Positions 38,342 through 51,288 of a stretch of 64,000 nucleotides of DNA are shown piece after piece. The stretch spans positions 47,182,001-47,246,000 of the forward strand of contig NC_082724.1 in the NCBI RefSeq assembly GCF_030144855.1, in the 5' to 3' direction. The notes under the pieces are model-generated. The model was not told the origin of the DNA. It did not search any database and worked only from the letters and a program-made list of their open reading frames with translations. The translations under genes were made by a program, and so were the position numbers. Origin of the DNA: Hypanus sabinus. Lineage: Eukaryota. Position 1 is the first letter of the stretch; the number at the start of each line of letters is the position of its first letter.

Positions 38342-38592
38342 ACTTGTCACTTATTCATTGAGACATGCAGTAAAATCCATTGTCCTACATCAAATGGAGT
38401 CAAGTTGTGAAGTTACACCACACTTCCAGTGCCACCATAATCTGTCCACAACTTACTAGCCATAACCGTACAACTTTGGAAAGTGCAAGGAAACCCACCT
38501 GGTCATGGAGAAAATGTACAAACAATTTACAGGCAGCAGAATGAATTGAACCTTGATCTGACAGCTGTCAGTGGGAAGCGATGTGCTAACTA
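38342..38592 (-). mobile_element. V-domain SINE with non-CR1 3' tail
   Basis: tttggaaagtgcaaggaaacc...ggagaaaatgtacaaac (V domain, reverse strand); tail cattgagacatgcagtaaaat resembles 6170-6205. Confidence 0.45.
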
Positions 38593-38999
38593 TTTTCAAT
38601 TATTCTCTTCAATATTCTTTCCATTATTCTTTCTTATCCATCTTTATCTCTACTCCTCATGCCTTGCATATGCACAGTGGGGTTAGCCATTTGTTGTGTC
38701 AAGCTTCAGTACCTATCTGCTATGTGAGTCATTAACCTTCAGTGCCCACTGTGCTACATGAGATGTATGCAGATCTCCCTTCCTCTTCAATACACAATTG
38801 CAAGCTTCCATTCTGGAGTTTTATAGGACATTTTCTCAGCTGTCAACCTGGCATTGGTTTGCTATAGTTCATATCAGCTTGTAACTTGTGGTTTAGGTCG
38901 CTTTGAAGTGGTTCCAGCTATCCTTGACTGACACCAACCTTGTAGAGTGCTCCGTAATCTCTCTGTAACAAGACCCTGTTCACTGCAGAGCTCCAGAGC

Positions 39000-39180
39000 C
39001 ATTTCACTATTCTCCACTGCACCAATTAACCTACCAGCCATTATGTTTTGGGCTGTCTGAGGAAATCAGTGTACTCAGAGAAAATTGTAATCATAAGGGG
39101 AGCGTGCAAACTGTGGACAGACAGCTCCAAAACCTGGATCATCGAAGGTGTGAGGCAGAACTTTGCTAATTGTGCGATCT
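39000..39180 (-). mobile_element. V-SINE fragment
   Basis: accaattaacctacc...gaggaaatcagtgtactc...gggagcgtgcaaactg. Confidence 0.55.
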
Positions 39181-40389
39181 AATTCCAGGGATGCATTAAT
39201 TAATTAAAAAAATCACTGAAGTGTGCTTAGATTGGAAGTGTCCTCAAAAGGCCTGTGGTGAAAGAGTACAATTAAAGTTCCATGGGTGAACTTTCAAATC
39301 AAAGGTAAATCTTGGATCTCACCCAGAAGTTCACAGATGGAGATCCATTATTAAAATAACAAAGATCAAAATAACAAAGTACAAATAGAAGAGACCTGCA
39401 AGCCGCTCCTGACCATGAAGTTGTGCTGTCTTCATCTGGTACTAAGGATAAATTGTAGGAAGTATCACAGCTATAGATACAGTGTCTATGACTTTGTTAT
39501 TTAAATGCAACCCAAAATATTGTACCGAAACTGTACAGATACTGTAACTTTGGGGAAACTTTCTGTAATGTGGTAGCTTTTGAGGAACATTAAAATTAAA
39601 TGAATTAATCGACAGGGCAAATTATATTGTTGGGGGCAACTATTTCCTACAATGCCTGAGAGTGAGGGAGGTGTTATGTGTAGAGGAAGGTAAGGGTTGC
39701 CAATTTCCAAAAAATATAATGTTCTTTTAGTGAATTAGCAGCACATCATCTTCAGGGCACAATGTAGACTCTGACCTGAAGGATTAATTTATGAAAGTCA
39801 ATCCTGGACCCCAAAAATTTATCCCAGGTCGATACAGGGCATGCTCCATATAGTGGTAGTAGTACATTATACTTTATTGACAAGAGCTGGTTCTATTGAC
39901 TTTAATATAGAGTTTTCTGGACTGTTTGAAAGGATCAAATCCTATGGTAGATTTATGGTAATCATTATTGGAAAAGATGTGCTAACTTTCATTTTGTATA
40001 ATTTTTTTCACCTTGATCACAGGAGAAATAATAAAGGAACTGCAGGTTAATGTATGAACAATCAGGCTTATAAACATTCAATTGACTAATTTTCACTTAA
40101 AAAACATTGATGCTTTGAGGATATATGCATCCAATTTACAAATCAATTTCTTGTTATAACAAATAGTATGCCACCCACTGCTCTTAAAAATACGCTGTAT
40201 GAAAATATTCACAACACGTTTCAATCAGACTCAAGTTACAAAATTTAACTTACCACTCACTATATAGGAATACATCAGTTTTGTGAGCTCAGGATAGTGA
40301 TTCATTCTTTTCCTTTAATTCCAGTTATGACTTTGTTAAAATATGCAATGCAGACAAATTCAGGCTCACTCCTGGAGATGATTTGTGTT

Positions 40390-40920
40390 ACTAAGAGAGG
40401 CTAGAGAATTTGGACCTATATTCCTTGGGCTTTAGAAGAATGAGGAGTGACTTTATTGAAACATAAGAACATAAGGAGGCTTGACGAGATAGAAGTTGAG
40501 ATATTTTCACCAGTAAAGGAGCCACAAATAGGGGGATATAGCAATAAAATAAATACTTCATTTAATACTGAAGTACATAAAAATTTAATCTTTCACAGAA
40601 TGGAAAATCCTTGGAATTCTCTGTCCCCAAGAGTGGTGAAGGCCAGACCATCCGAACTATTTAAAGTCTTGAAGGAGTTCTTGGTCAGAAATGTCGACTG
40701 TTTATTCATGTCCATAGGTGCTGCCTGACGTTGAGTTCCTTCAGGACTTTGTGTACATTGCTTTGGATTTTCAGCATCTGCAAAATTCCTCATGTTTATA
40801 CTTAAAGCAGTGATTGATAAATATATGGAAGATTGAGGAATTGTATGATGGGAAACTGGTACAGAAGAAGTGTTGAGGCCAGCATAGTGGGGCAGGCCTG
40901 AGTGATTTGCATCCTTTTGT
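40390..40920 (+). mobile_element. Old CR1 3' end with a PLE terminus inserted at about 40668-40800
   Basis: tttagaagaatgaggagtgactttattgaaacata; insert aatgtcgactgtttattc...gcatctgcaaaattcc. Confidence 0.65.
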
Positions 40921-41511
40921 CATTTTGAGGATGAAGTGTGGAGTCTCACAAGTCTCGTTGTGATCCAACAAGTTAATGGCAGTTACATCTGGGATAAGGG
41001 AATTCATAAGTTATAATCTCAAATTGTTCTTTCAAAGTAGTAGCTAGTCCTTACAAGCACTGAATAACTAGGCATTTTAACACATAACGGATGACAGTTC
41101 TCATGCCACATACAGATGAGTCATTTAATGATTTTTAGCAACACCACCACTGAGGTACTAATGACAATTCATTATTAACAAACCCAATTATTATCCTTTA
41201 GTAAATGCTGAGTTCAATGCTGTTGTTGGCTGATGGTTAAAAAGCTCAGGCAGGCTGCAAAAATTAGGTCAACCTGCTCTTAACATTTCTGTGCAATCTC
41301 CCAGGATTAGTTAGTGTGCTTATATGTAAAAAGAAATTCAAACCAGTTACGCTCAATTCTGAAAAGTACAAAATGATTGCAGTGTTGTAATATTGGGTGG
41401 TGATTTAACTAGATAGCTTCAGAATCACTGTTTTCACAAAATAAATTATCCTAAAGTCAATTAAAAAATAATTCTACTGGTCTTTAATTTCTCTGTTTTG
41501 GAGTCAGTTTT

Positions 41512-44500
41512 ATTTCAAGATGCAAGATTCAAGCTTGTTGAATATCATTTCCAGCACACGAGTGCAAAAGAGAACAAAATAATTGTTACTGCAGATCTGG
41601 TGCAGCACAAAAAACATGATAAGATAAAGAACACAATAATAAATAAAACACAATAAATAGAAATACAGATAGCTTATATACATTGATTAATTGTATTGGA
41701 AGACAGTGGAACAACAATGGCAGGTATTTCTGGGAATAATACAGAAGGTGCAGGATCGGTTCATTCCAAAGAGGAAGAAAGATCCTAAGGGGGGTAAGAG
41801 GGAGCCATGGCTGACGAGGGAAGTAAAGGGTAGTATAAAAATAAAAGAGAAGAAGTATAAAATAGCAAAGATGAGTGGGAAACCGGAGGACTGGGAAACT
41901 TTTAAAGAGCAAAAGAAGATAACAAAAAGGGCAATACATCAAAAAAATGGGGTACGAAGATAAACTAGCCAAGAATATAAAGGAGGATAGTAAAAGCTTC
42001 TTTAGGTATGTGAATAGCAAAAATATAGTTAAGACCAAAATTGGGCCATTGAAGACAGAAACGGGTGAATTTATTAAGGGGAACAAGAAAATGGCAGATG
42101 AGTTGAACAGGTACTTTGGATCTGTCTTCACTAGGAAAGACACAAACAATCTCCCAGATGTAATAGGGGCCAAAGGAACTAGGGTAAAGGATGAACTGAA
42201 GGAAATTTATATTAGGCAAGAAACGGTGTTGGATAGACTGTTGAGTCTGAAGGCTGATAAGTCCCTGGGACCTGATAGTCTGCATCCCAGGGTACTTAAA
42301 GAGGTGGCTTTAGAAATCGTGGACACATTGGTAATCATTTTCCAATGTTCTATAGATTCAGGAACAGTTCCTGCTGATTGGAGGGTGGCTAATGTTGTCC
42401 CACTTTTCAAAAAAGGAGGAAGAGAGAAAACACGGAATTATAGACTGGTTAGCCTGATGTCAGTGGTGGGAAAGATGCTGGAAACAATTATAAAGAGGAA
42501 ATTATGACACATTTGGATAGCAGTAGAAGGAACAGTCTGAGTCAGCATGGATTTATGAAGGGAAAATTATGCTTGACAAATCTGGAGTTTTTTGAGGATG
42601 TAACTATGAAAATGGACAAGGGAGAGCCAGTGGATGTAGTGTACCTGGACTTACAGAAAGCTTTTGAAAAAGTCCCACATAGGAGATTAGTGGGCAAAAT
42701 TAGGGCACATGGTATTGGGGGCAGAGTACTGACATGGATTGAAAATTGTCTGGCTGACAGGAAGCAAAGAGTAGTGATTAACGGGTCCCTTTCGGAATAG
42801 TGGGCTGTGACCAGTGGGGTACTGCAAGGGTTGGTGCTGGGACCGCAGCTGTTTACAATATACATTAGTGATTTAGATGAAGGGATTAAAAGTAACATTA
42901 CCAAATTTGCCGATGACACAAAGCTGGGTGGCAGTGTGAAATGTCAGGAGGATGTTATGAGAATGCAGGGTGACTTGGACAGGTTGGGTGAGTGGGCAAA
43001 TGTATGGCAGATGCAGTTTAATGTGGATAAATGTGAGATTATCCACTTTGGTGGCAAGAACAGGAAGGCAGATTACGATCTAAATGGAGTCAAATTAGAA
43101 AAAGGGGAAGTACAACGAGAACTAAGTGTTCTTGTACATCAGTCAATGAAAGCAAGCATGCAGGTACAGCAGGCAGTGAAGAAGGCTAATGGCATGCTGG
43201 CCTTTATAACAAGAGGAATTGAGTATAGGAGTAAAGAGGTCCTTCTGCAGCTGTACAGGACCCTGGTGAGACCCCACCTGGAGTATTGTGTGCAACTTTG
43301 GTCTCCAAATTTGAAGAAGGGCATTCTTGCTATTCAGGGAGTGCAGCGTAGGTTCACAAGGTTAATTCCCGGAATGGCAGGACAGTCATAAATTGAAAGA
43401 TTGGAGCGACTGGGCTTGTGTACACTGGAATTTAGAAGGATGAGAGGGGATCTGATTGAAACATATAAGATTATTAAGGGATTGGACACGCTGGAGGCAG
43501 GAGGCATGTTCCCTCTGATGGGTGAGTCCACAACTAGAGGCCACAGTTTAGGAATAAGGGGTAGGCCATTTAGAACAGAGATGCGGAAAAACTTTTTCAC
43601 CCAGAGAGAGGTGGATATGTGGAATGCTCTGCCCCAGAAGGCAGTGGAAGCCAAGTCTCTGGATGCATTCAAGAGAGAGTTAGATAGAGCTCTTACAGAT
43701 AACAGGGTCAAGGGATATGGGGAGAGGGCAGGAACGGGGTACTGATTGTGTATGATCAGCCATGATCACAGTGAATGGCAGTGCTGGCTAGAAGGGCCAA
43801 ATGGCCTACTCCTGCACCTACTGTCTATTGTCTATTGTATGCCCATAAAGTGATGTTAGGCACAGGATTGGCTGTACATGAGGTGACTCAAATAGGAAAT
43901 GATAAGGTAGTGGTGGTGAGGGGTGTGGAGGGGTGGGTTAGTCGGAGAAGGTATTCATCAACCTTACTACCTGGGGAAAGTAACTGTTTTTGATTTTGGT
44001 AATCCTTGTTTGCATGCCCTAGACACTCCACCCTGATGAGAGTAGGTCAGACAGTCTATAAGGAGGGTGGGTGGGATCCTTCATGATCTTATTTGCCCTT
44101 TTGTTTGGCACCTTTCTGTGTATATGTCCTTGGTGGCAGATAGACTGATGCCAGAGATGCATTGGGCAGTTTTGACTTACTGTTGTAGAACCTCCTATCC
44201 TCCACAGTTTCCATACCATGCGGAGATGCAACATGTTAGGATGCTCTCTACTATCCATCTACAAAAGGACATGAGTATAGACGTGCATAGATGAGCTCTC
44301 TTCAGCCTCCTTGGAAAACAGAGGTGTTATTGAGCTTTCAGAATTGTGTAGGATGTGTTCTAGGACCATGAGATGTTGTACGAGGTATGGTACACTCCCA
44401 GGTATGGTTGAGTGAGGTGTACTCGAAGTTTTCTCTGCTATGCCACCAAAGCAAAGAGGGGTGTGAGTTCTCTTGAAGTTGAGATCCATCTCCTTTGTCG

Positions 44501-44570
44501 TGTTGGCATTGAAGAAGAGCCTGCCATAGACCTCGAGCTCTTCCACCTCCTCTCTCTAGCCCATCTCATT
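41512..44570 (-). mobile_element. Rex1-like LINE 3' part (41512-41696 and 43834-44570), split by a nested CR1
   Basis: ANKIMKDPTHPPYRLSDLLSSG, FFNANTTKEMDLNFKR; its 3' UTR is continuous across the CR1 when compared with the 28392 copy. Confidence 0.75.
41697..43833 (+). mobile_element. Young 5'-truncated CR1 LINE with disrupted RT
   Basis: KSLGPDSLHPRVLKE, PLFKKG, QHGFMKGK, YLDLQKAFEKVPH, KFADDTKLGG, HLEYCVQLWSP; (TCTATTG)n tail; ATTGTAT at 41690-41696 and 43834-43840 as probable TSD. Confidence 0.93.
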
Positions 44571-46284
44571 ATTTCATAAATTAGAAATAGAATAATAAAT
44601 GTATTAAATTTTATTTTATCATTGCACAATGTTTAATACATGTCATCAGGCCTTTTTATTGATTACATATACAAGAGATAGTACAGTGAAGATACTCTGC
44701 CCTGTCTTATTGTTGTTGTTTCTTGGTGAAAATATAATGCTTCTGGTCTCTGTTTGGAATGGATTTAGGCTGCATTTAGACAGTTTCATGGGTTCTCTCA
44801 GAATAATTAAATCACTGGGCTACAGTGTGACAAGCTTATCATGACTGCTTGATATAAAATCCAGTTTTCTCATTATATTTATTCAGGTACTTTTGTTTCT
44901 TTTTAAAAGAACACATTTCAATCTACCTTGATATTTCATGTGATCAGTAAAACAGAATTGCTTCATGCTTTTCAAGTGTTGCTTTAAATCCCTGTAGGAG
45001 AGATAGCAATAATTCTTGTTTCAGGGCACATACATTTATAACAGCAGTCTCTTAATAATTTTCATCTAATTTGCTTATAGAACTGGACCGATTTGATTAC
45101 TGTGGACTTTTCCAGTAATCTGAAAATCAGTAATCAGTAATGATAGAATGCAGGTTACAAAAGAAGCACCATTTACTTTGGAACCATTGCAAATGAATAG
45201 ATCTGACAGATCTGTGTTTTATTTTTATTTCTTGTATAACCATAATTACATCAAATAGATCATCTGGGAACTTTCAGTTTTGAGCATTTTATAATGAAGA
45301 GTTTGCTCTTGGTCAAACATAGTCATTAAAAAAATCACAACCTTTTACTCAATGTGCGATTATTGTGCAAGACAACTTCTTTATATTTTGACCTTCTTTC
45401 TCACGGTCAATACATAAATGTGTTTTTCTGATGGGTAGCCATTTTCACTAGCCATTTAATTCCACTTCCTTGCTTCATAACTGTCTCTCATATTATCATT
45501 CAGTTACATTGCACATCTCAATCTGTCCCTTACGAGTTTTCAGTCCAGTGATAGTGCATGAACGTAATACAGGCAAACTGCTGTCAGTCTTGTAACTGAG
45601 ATTGGGTAAAATATGATGTCACATAAATTTGGTTTATATTTGATCACTGGGACATTAAAATTCATTGTCTTTTTAGAGGTAATTAGAATTTTAAATTAGC
45701 AGTGTCTATGAATCATTTAATAACTCAAAGCAAGTTCTATTTTTACTTAGATTGAGCTGTCGTTTGTGATGGCATATATTGATGGTTGACATCAGGGAAG
45801 TAAGAGGCTGTAGGGACTAGCAAAGAAGAGGAAATGAGGCCAACACAGGTCAGCCATGATCATACTGATGGGTCTGGCTGGAGAGTGCAGCTGGACTATA
45901 TCTGCTCCAAATAACAGATTGGCGATGCATATTGAGCATATTGAAACTAAAAAGAAGACCGATACAAAATAGAGACTCATTGCAAGCTGCTCCCTGCAGA
46001 TCGATTCACTGCTATTATAATCATTCTTTGCCATGCCCTATGTAATGATTTGATCTGTGTGACCTGTATGTAAGACAAATATTTCACTCCATCTGGGTAC
46101 ACGTGACAATAATAAACCAATTCCAATTCCGATTTCCTTTTAAACCACTGTATTTTTGTGTCTTTCAAAACTATGAGGGCAAGTACTACAAGACAGGCAG
46201 ACTGAAGGGTTACTAACTTAAAACATTAACATCTGTTAACCACTGGGGTTGAAAAAATGCAAGAGAGGCAAAGTGAAGCATCTC

Positions 46285-46650
46285 TGACTTCAAACGTTAA
46301 CTATGTTCCTCTTTCTATAGATGTTATCTGACTGTTGACTGCTTCTGGTATTTTCTGATTTTAACTCCAGTTTATGATATTAATTTCAACATAAATTTAG
46401 GTCATTGGGTGAATTCCTCCATTGCCCAAGTGCCCTGAAATTCTTAACAACCACCTCTGAGAGATGTGGAAAATTCCAGAGATTCACCGACATCTCTGAA
46501 AAGAAGTTTCTGCGTACGATTGGCTTTCAACGGCCCTTTCATTCAAAATGTTAACCTTGTTTCTCATTCCACAGATGCTACCTGACATGTTCATTGTTTC
46601 CAAGATTTTGGTTTGTACTTCAGTTTTCCAGCCTCTACAGTCTCTTCTAG
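46285..46650 (+). mobile_element. Two old PLE terminus fragments (46285-46365 and 46540-46650)
   Basis: aaacgttaactatg...tatagatgttatctgact; aaatgttaacc...cacagatgctacctgac. Confidence 0.45.
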
Positions 46651-47234
46651 ATGTTCACACATTGGATTATGTGGTTATTTACACTTCGCTGATTGTAGGC
46701 ACCTGCTTTACAGACTATTTTCCATGATTCCCCATGAGTATATTTTACTGGCTGTTAAGGAATTTAATTCTGAGGTGCATTGCATGTCTGGTAGTTAAAA
46801 TCAAGTATAAATTTCTTACCACTGTTCCTACCCTCCCTTTGTTTTGCATCATTAGGGTTCATATAGAAAATACTAACCACTTCAGGGTAAGTATCTTTAC
46901 TCAGCTAGCTTTAATGTTCCCAATGCACTACTGATAGTGGGCAAAATCAGCAGAGTGGAATTTAAATATTTGCACCTCCACAAAACCTTAGAAAAGTTCT
47001 TCATTTATAGTGTTTAGCCAAGATCAAAGAATCCAAAATAAAGTGTAACACTGCATGGATAATCAGTTTAAAAACAGCAAATGGAGCTGCTATGACTTTT
47101 CTGCCCAGTCAGTGCTTTTAGGCTGGCTGTGATGCCATTGAAATTTTTAATCTAGTCCATTGTTGGACATGGACAATTACACTAAAATATCTATGAACAA
47201 GGGCAATATTTTAATAAGAACAAAGATGATTTAT

Positions 47235-49810
47235 GCAGCTGTGGCATTTACATTGACTGGTGCCAATGCAGGACAAGATGCTTGATGTTCTAGGGTCTGG
47301 ATGTTTCAAAAGGGATAGGGAGGAAGGTAAAAGGCAAGAGTGGAGTGGTATTGTCACTGAGGGATAGTATTCTGCTGCAGAAAAAAATCACCTGCTGAGT
47401 CAATGTAGGTTGAATTCAGAAAAAGGAAGGGAGCAATTACTCTCTTAGACCACCCAAATGCCATCAGGAGACTGAGGAACAGATCAGGAGGTAGATTTTG
47501 GAAAGATGCAAAAAGTAGCAGTGTTGTTATCATGGCTGATTTTGACTTCCTACTATTCCTACTACCTTCTTATTGCAAAAAAGGGTAGATGGGTCAGAAT
47601 TTGTTAGGTATCTCCAGGAAGGATACTTGACAAAACATATGGACTAGAAGAGAAGATGTTCTGGGTCTAGTACTGGACAATGAACTGGTCAAGTAATATA
47701 CCTCTTGATGTGATATATTTCACAGATAGGGACTATAACTCCCTGATCTTTGGCATAGCTGTAGAAAATGAATGTAGCCGATGTTATGGGAAAGTATTTA
47801 ATTGAGGGAGGGCTAACTGTGATGGCATGAGGCAGGAACCAGTGAGTGTAAATTGGAAACATGTTCCCAGGGAAATGCAGAGCAGAAATGCAAAGATTGT
47901 TTCAGGAGAACTTACATGGGGTTCTGGATAGGTTGTCTCACTGAGACAGGAAAAGGATTCTAGGGTAAAGGTCCCATGATTGACAGAAGATGGAACATGT
48001 TGTTGAGAGGACAAAAGAGGAAGAAGGAAGCATGGAAGCTTGGGAATGAAAAATCAGACTGGGCTCTTGAGAATTATAGGTACCAAGGAAAGAGCATAAT
48101 AAAAGACTTAGGAAATCTAGAAGGCAACATGAGAAGGCATTGACAAGTAGGAGAGTAAGGAAAACCCCCAAGGTGTTCTGCACAGTCCTTTATGAATACT
48201 TTAGTGTTCACCAGGGAGAGGGACTTTGATGAATGTGAGATCAATGCAGAACAAGGTAACTGCAGGAGCATGTTGAGGTTAAGAAAGCATGTTGAAGCTT
48301 CTGAAAAATATTAAGATATATAAATCCCAGAGCCAGACAGAATAAGCTCAGTGTTAATACAGAAATTGAGGGAAGAAGTTGTTGGGGGTTTAAATTTGGA
48401 CTTTGCAATCACTAGAGTGGTACCAGAAGACAAGAGGATGGCAAAAGTTGTTTTGTTGTTCAAGAAAAGTAACAGGATTTTACCAGGAATTATAAACCAG
48501 TGAGTCTTACATTAGAGGTGGGAAAACTATTGGAGAGAATTCTTTGGAACAGGATTTATGAACATTTGGCAAAGCATAGTCAGGAATAGCCAGCATGCCT
48601 TTGTGAGAGACAGGTCAATCCTCATGAGCCTAATAGAGTTTTGTTGAGGAGCTGGCAAAACAAATCGATGATGGTAGAGTGGCATATGTGGTGGATTTTA
48701 GTAAGCCACTTGGTAAGGTTCTTTCAAAATGCCATAAGGCTTGGGATCCATGGAAACCTGGCAGCATTGATTTGGAATTGGCTTGCCCACAGAAAGCAGA
48801 GGATGGAAGTAGATAGACCGTATTCTGCCTAACAGTCACTAATGGTGTTCAGCAATTATCTGTCTGGGACCCCCTGCTGTCTATGATTTTCATAAATGGC
48901 CAGGATGAAAGAGTGGAGGAATGGATTAGAAAGTTTGCAGATGATACATAGGCATTGTAAAAAGTTGTCATAGGTTACAACAGAATAGAGAAAAGATGCC
49001 AGTTGGGCAGAAAAGTGGTAGGTGGAATTCAACCCAAAAAAAGTGTGGTGACACACTTTAGAAGATTGAATATGAAGGCAGAGTAGAGAGTTAGTGACAT
49101 GTTTCTTAGCAGTGCGGAGGAAGAGAGGGATCCTGGGCTCTAAGTCCATTGATACTTCTAAGTTGTCTTGCAAGTTGATAGCATTGTTAAGAAGTCATGT
49201 GGGATGCTGGCCGTCATAAGTCAGCGAATTCAGTTCATGAGCTGCGGGTAATGCTGCTGCTCTATAAAACTATTGTCAGACTCCATTTATTGAGTTCATT
49301 TCTGGTTGCCTCATTATAGCAAGGATGTAAATGTTTTGGAGATTGTGCAGAGGAGATTTACCAGGTTGCTGCCTGGATTAGCCAAGATGTTTGTTGAGGA
49401 AACATTGGGTGAGTAAGGACTTCTCTCTTTGGAGTAACAGAGAATGAGAGGTGACTTGATAGAAGTACAGTATATAACACTATAAAGGACATAGAGTGGA
49501 CAGCACCTTTTTCCCAGGATGGCAATGGCCAATAGACATCCAATTATGGTAAGCAGTAAAAAGTTTAAGGGAAATGTCCAAGGCAGTTTTTCTTAGAGAA
49601 TGGGTGACTGGAAAACGCTGCTACATTGGTATTTGAGGGTGATACATTAGGGACATTTAAAAGACTCTTAGGTAGGCACATCAATGCAAGAAAAATGGAA
49701 GGTTATGGACTGTGTAGGAGAGAAATGTTAGATTGGTCATGAAACAAGTTTATATTGGTCGGCACAATATTTCGAGCCAAAGTGTCCAAATTGTACTAAA
49801 CATTCTACGA
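47235..49810 (+). mobile_element. Decayed 2.6-kb CR1 LINE ORF2 (APE to 3' end)
   Basis: IMADFDFL, LFKKSN, NYKPVSLT, KFADDT, fragmentary RMRGDLIEV; many stops. Confidence 0.8.
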
Positions 49811-51154
49811 CTCTTTTACTGAAACATTTCACAGAGTTTCATCATCCCTGAGTCTTACCCAATTCAGATCTGGAGTTAGGTGTAAGCCTGCCCCCCTAAG
49901 GGTAGCAGGATTTCATCTTGGAAAGATATGTTGGTGATAGTCAGCATCATTGCTGTAGTAAATCTGGTTGGCGAAATATTGAGCAATGAAATAGCTTGGG
50001 TATTGCTACTGAAGGAAGACAAGGACTTACAAATTGCATTGTTATTGTAATATTATAAAATAACAGAGAAAAACTTTGTTTTGCATGCCATTCATACAAT
50101 TCATCTAGTCACACTAGTACATTGAGAATAAAGTGTTACAGATACAGAAAAAAATGCAGTACAGGCAGACAAGATGCAATGCCATAACAAGATAGATCGC
50201 AAGGGCAAGAGTCCATCTTATTCTACCAGAGGGCCCTTCAATGTTCTTATAACCATAGGATAGAATCTGTTCTTGAACTTGATTTTATGTCCTTTCAGGC
50301 TTTTGTATCTTCTGCCAGATTGGAAAAAGGAGGAGAGAGTGTATCTGGGGTAGGTGAGGTCTTTGATAATGTTGTCTATTTTACCAAGACAATAAGAAGC
50401 ATATAAAAATGGTTAAAGAGAAGGCAAACTATTCAACAATGAGACGGACAGGTTATTGCTACTGATAGAAGACAAAACTTGAGATGAATGATGAAGAATT
50501 TTTTTATTGTTCTCTTTCAGAGAATGTTGTTTGAAAGAGAGCCAATGTCTTTGAAAGAGTCGAGGCTAACTGATCCAGAATAATTGCACACAATATAAAA
50601 CAGAAAATATTTGAAATGATTGGCAGGTTTGAGAGCATCATAGGAAAGAAGAACAATTTCAAGCTGTAGAACCTTCATTAGAACTGGGAACAGAAACTTA
50701 AAAAAACATTTTAACAAATACAGGGGAAGAGGGAAAAAAGGAAGGTTTTAATAGAGTGGAAGATGAGAGAGATGATATGATGAAAAAAGGATGGTGGTGT
50801 GGGAAATCGGACAGTGAGGTTTGAGGCATACTGACAGAAACACTTGATTGAGGAAGTAAAAATTTGAGCAACAATTAGAAGCAGGGAATAGTTCTAACCA
50901 TCTTTTGTGGGCTAGAAGAAGGTGTATAGTTGTGTTTTCCAGAAGGTCAGTCCATCTTAGGTTCACTGATTTTCTCTTTGATCTTTGCTTTACAAGGCAT
51001 AATGGCCAGGTAATGTGACTAAAAAGCTTGGAAATGTAGTTAATGAACTTCAGGAGGAAGAAGCCAATGGATGGAATTGTAGATGTAATGGACATTTAAC
51101 AGAAGAATGTGAATATTATGGAGAAGGAGGCTGAATTCTAAAAACAATGTACTT

Positions 51155-51288
51155 AGAAAGTCTGAGCCCAAAACGTTGACTATTTTTCCCCCTCTGTAGA
51201 TGCATCCCAACCTGCTCATTCCCTCCAGAACCTCCAAAATTTTGTGTGTGTTGAAGATTTCTTTCATCCGCAGAATCTCTTGTGTCTA
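51155..51288 (+). mobile_element. PLE 3' terminus
   Basis: gcccaaaacgttgactattttt...tgtagatgc...aattttgtgtgtgttg. Confidence 0.65.

Noticed and set aside
41947-43745. Consecutive RT ORFs as an active LINE or domesticated gene
   Set aside because: 5'-truncated with no endonuclease, broken by frameshifts and stops; an ordinary dead CR1. The same applies to 33250-34950.
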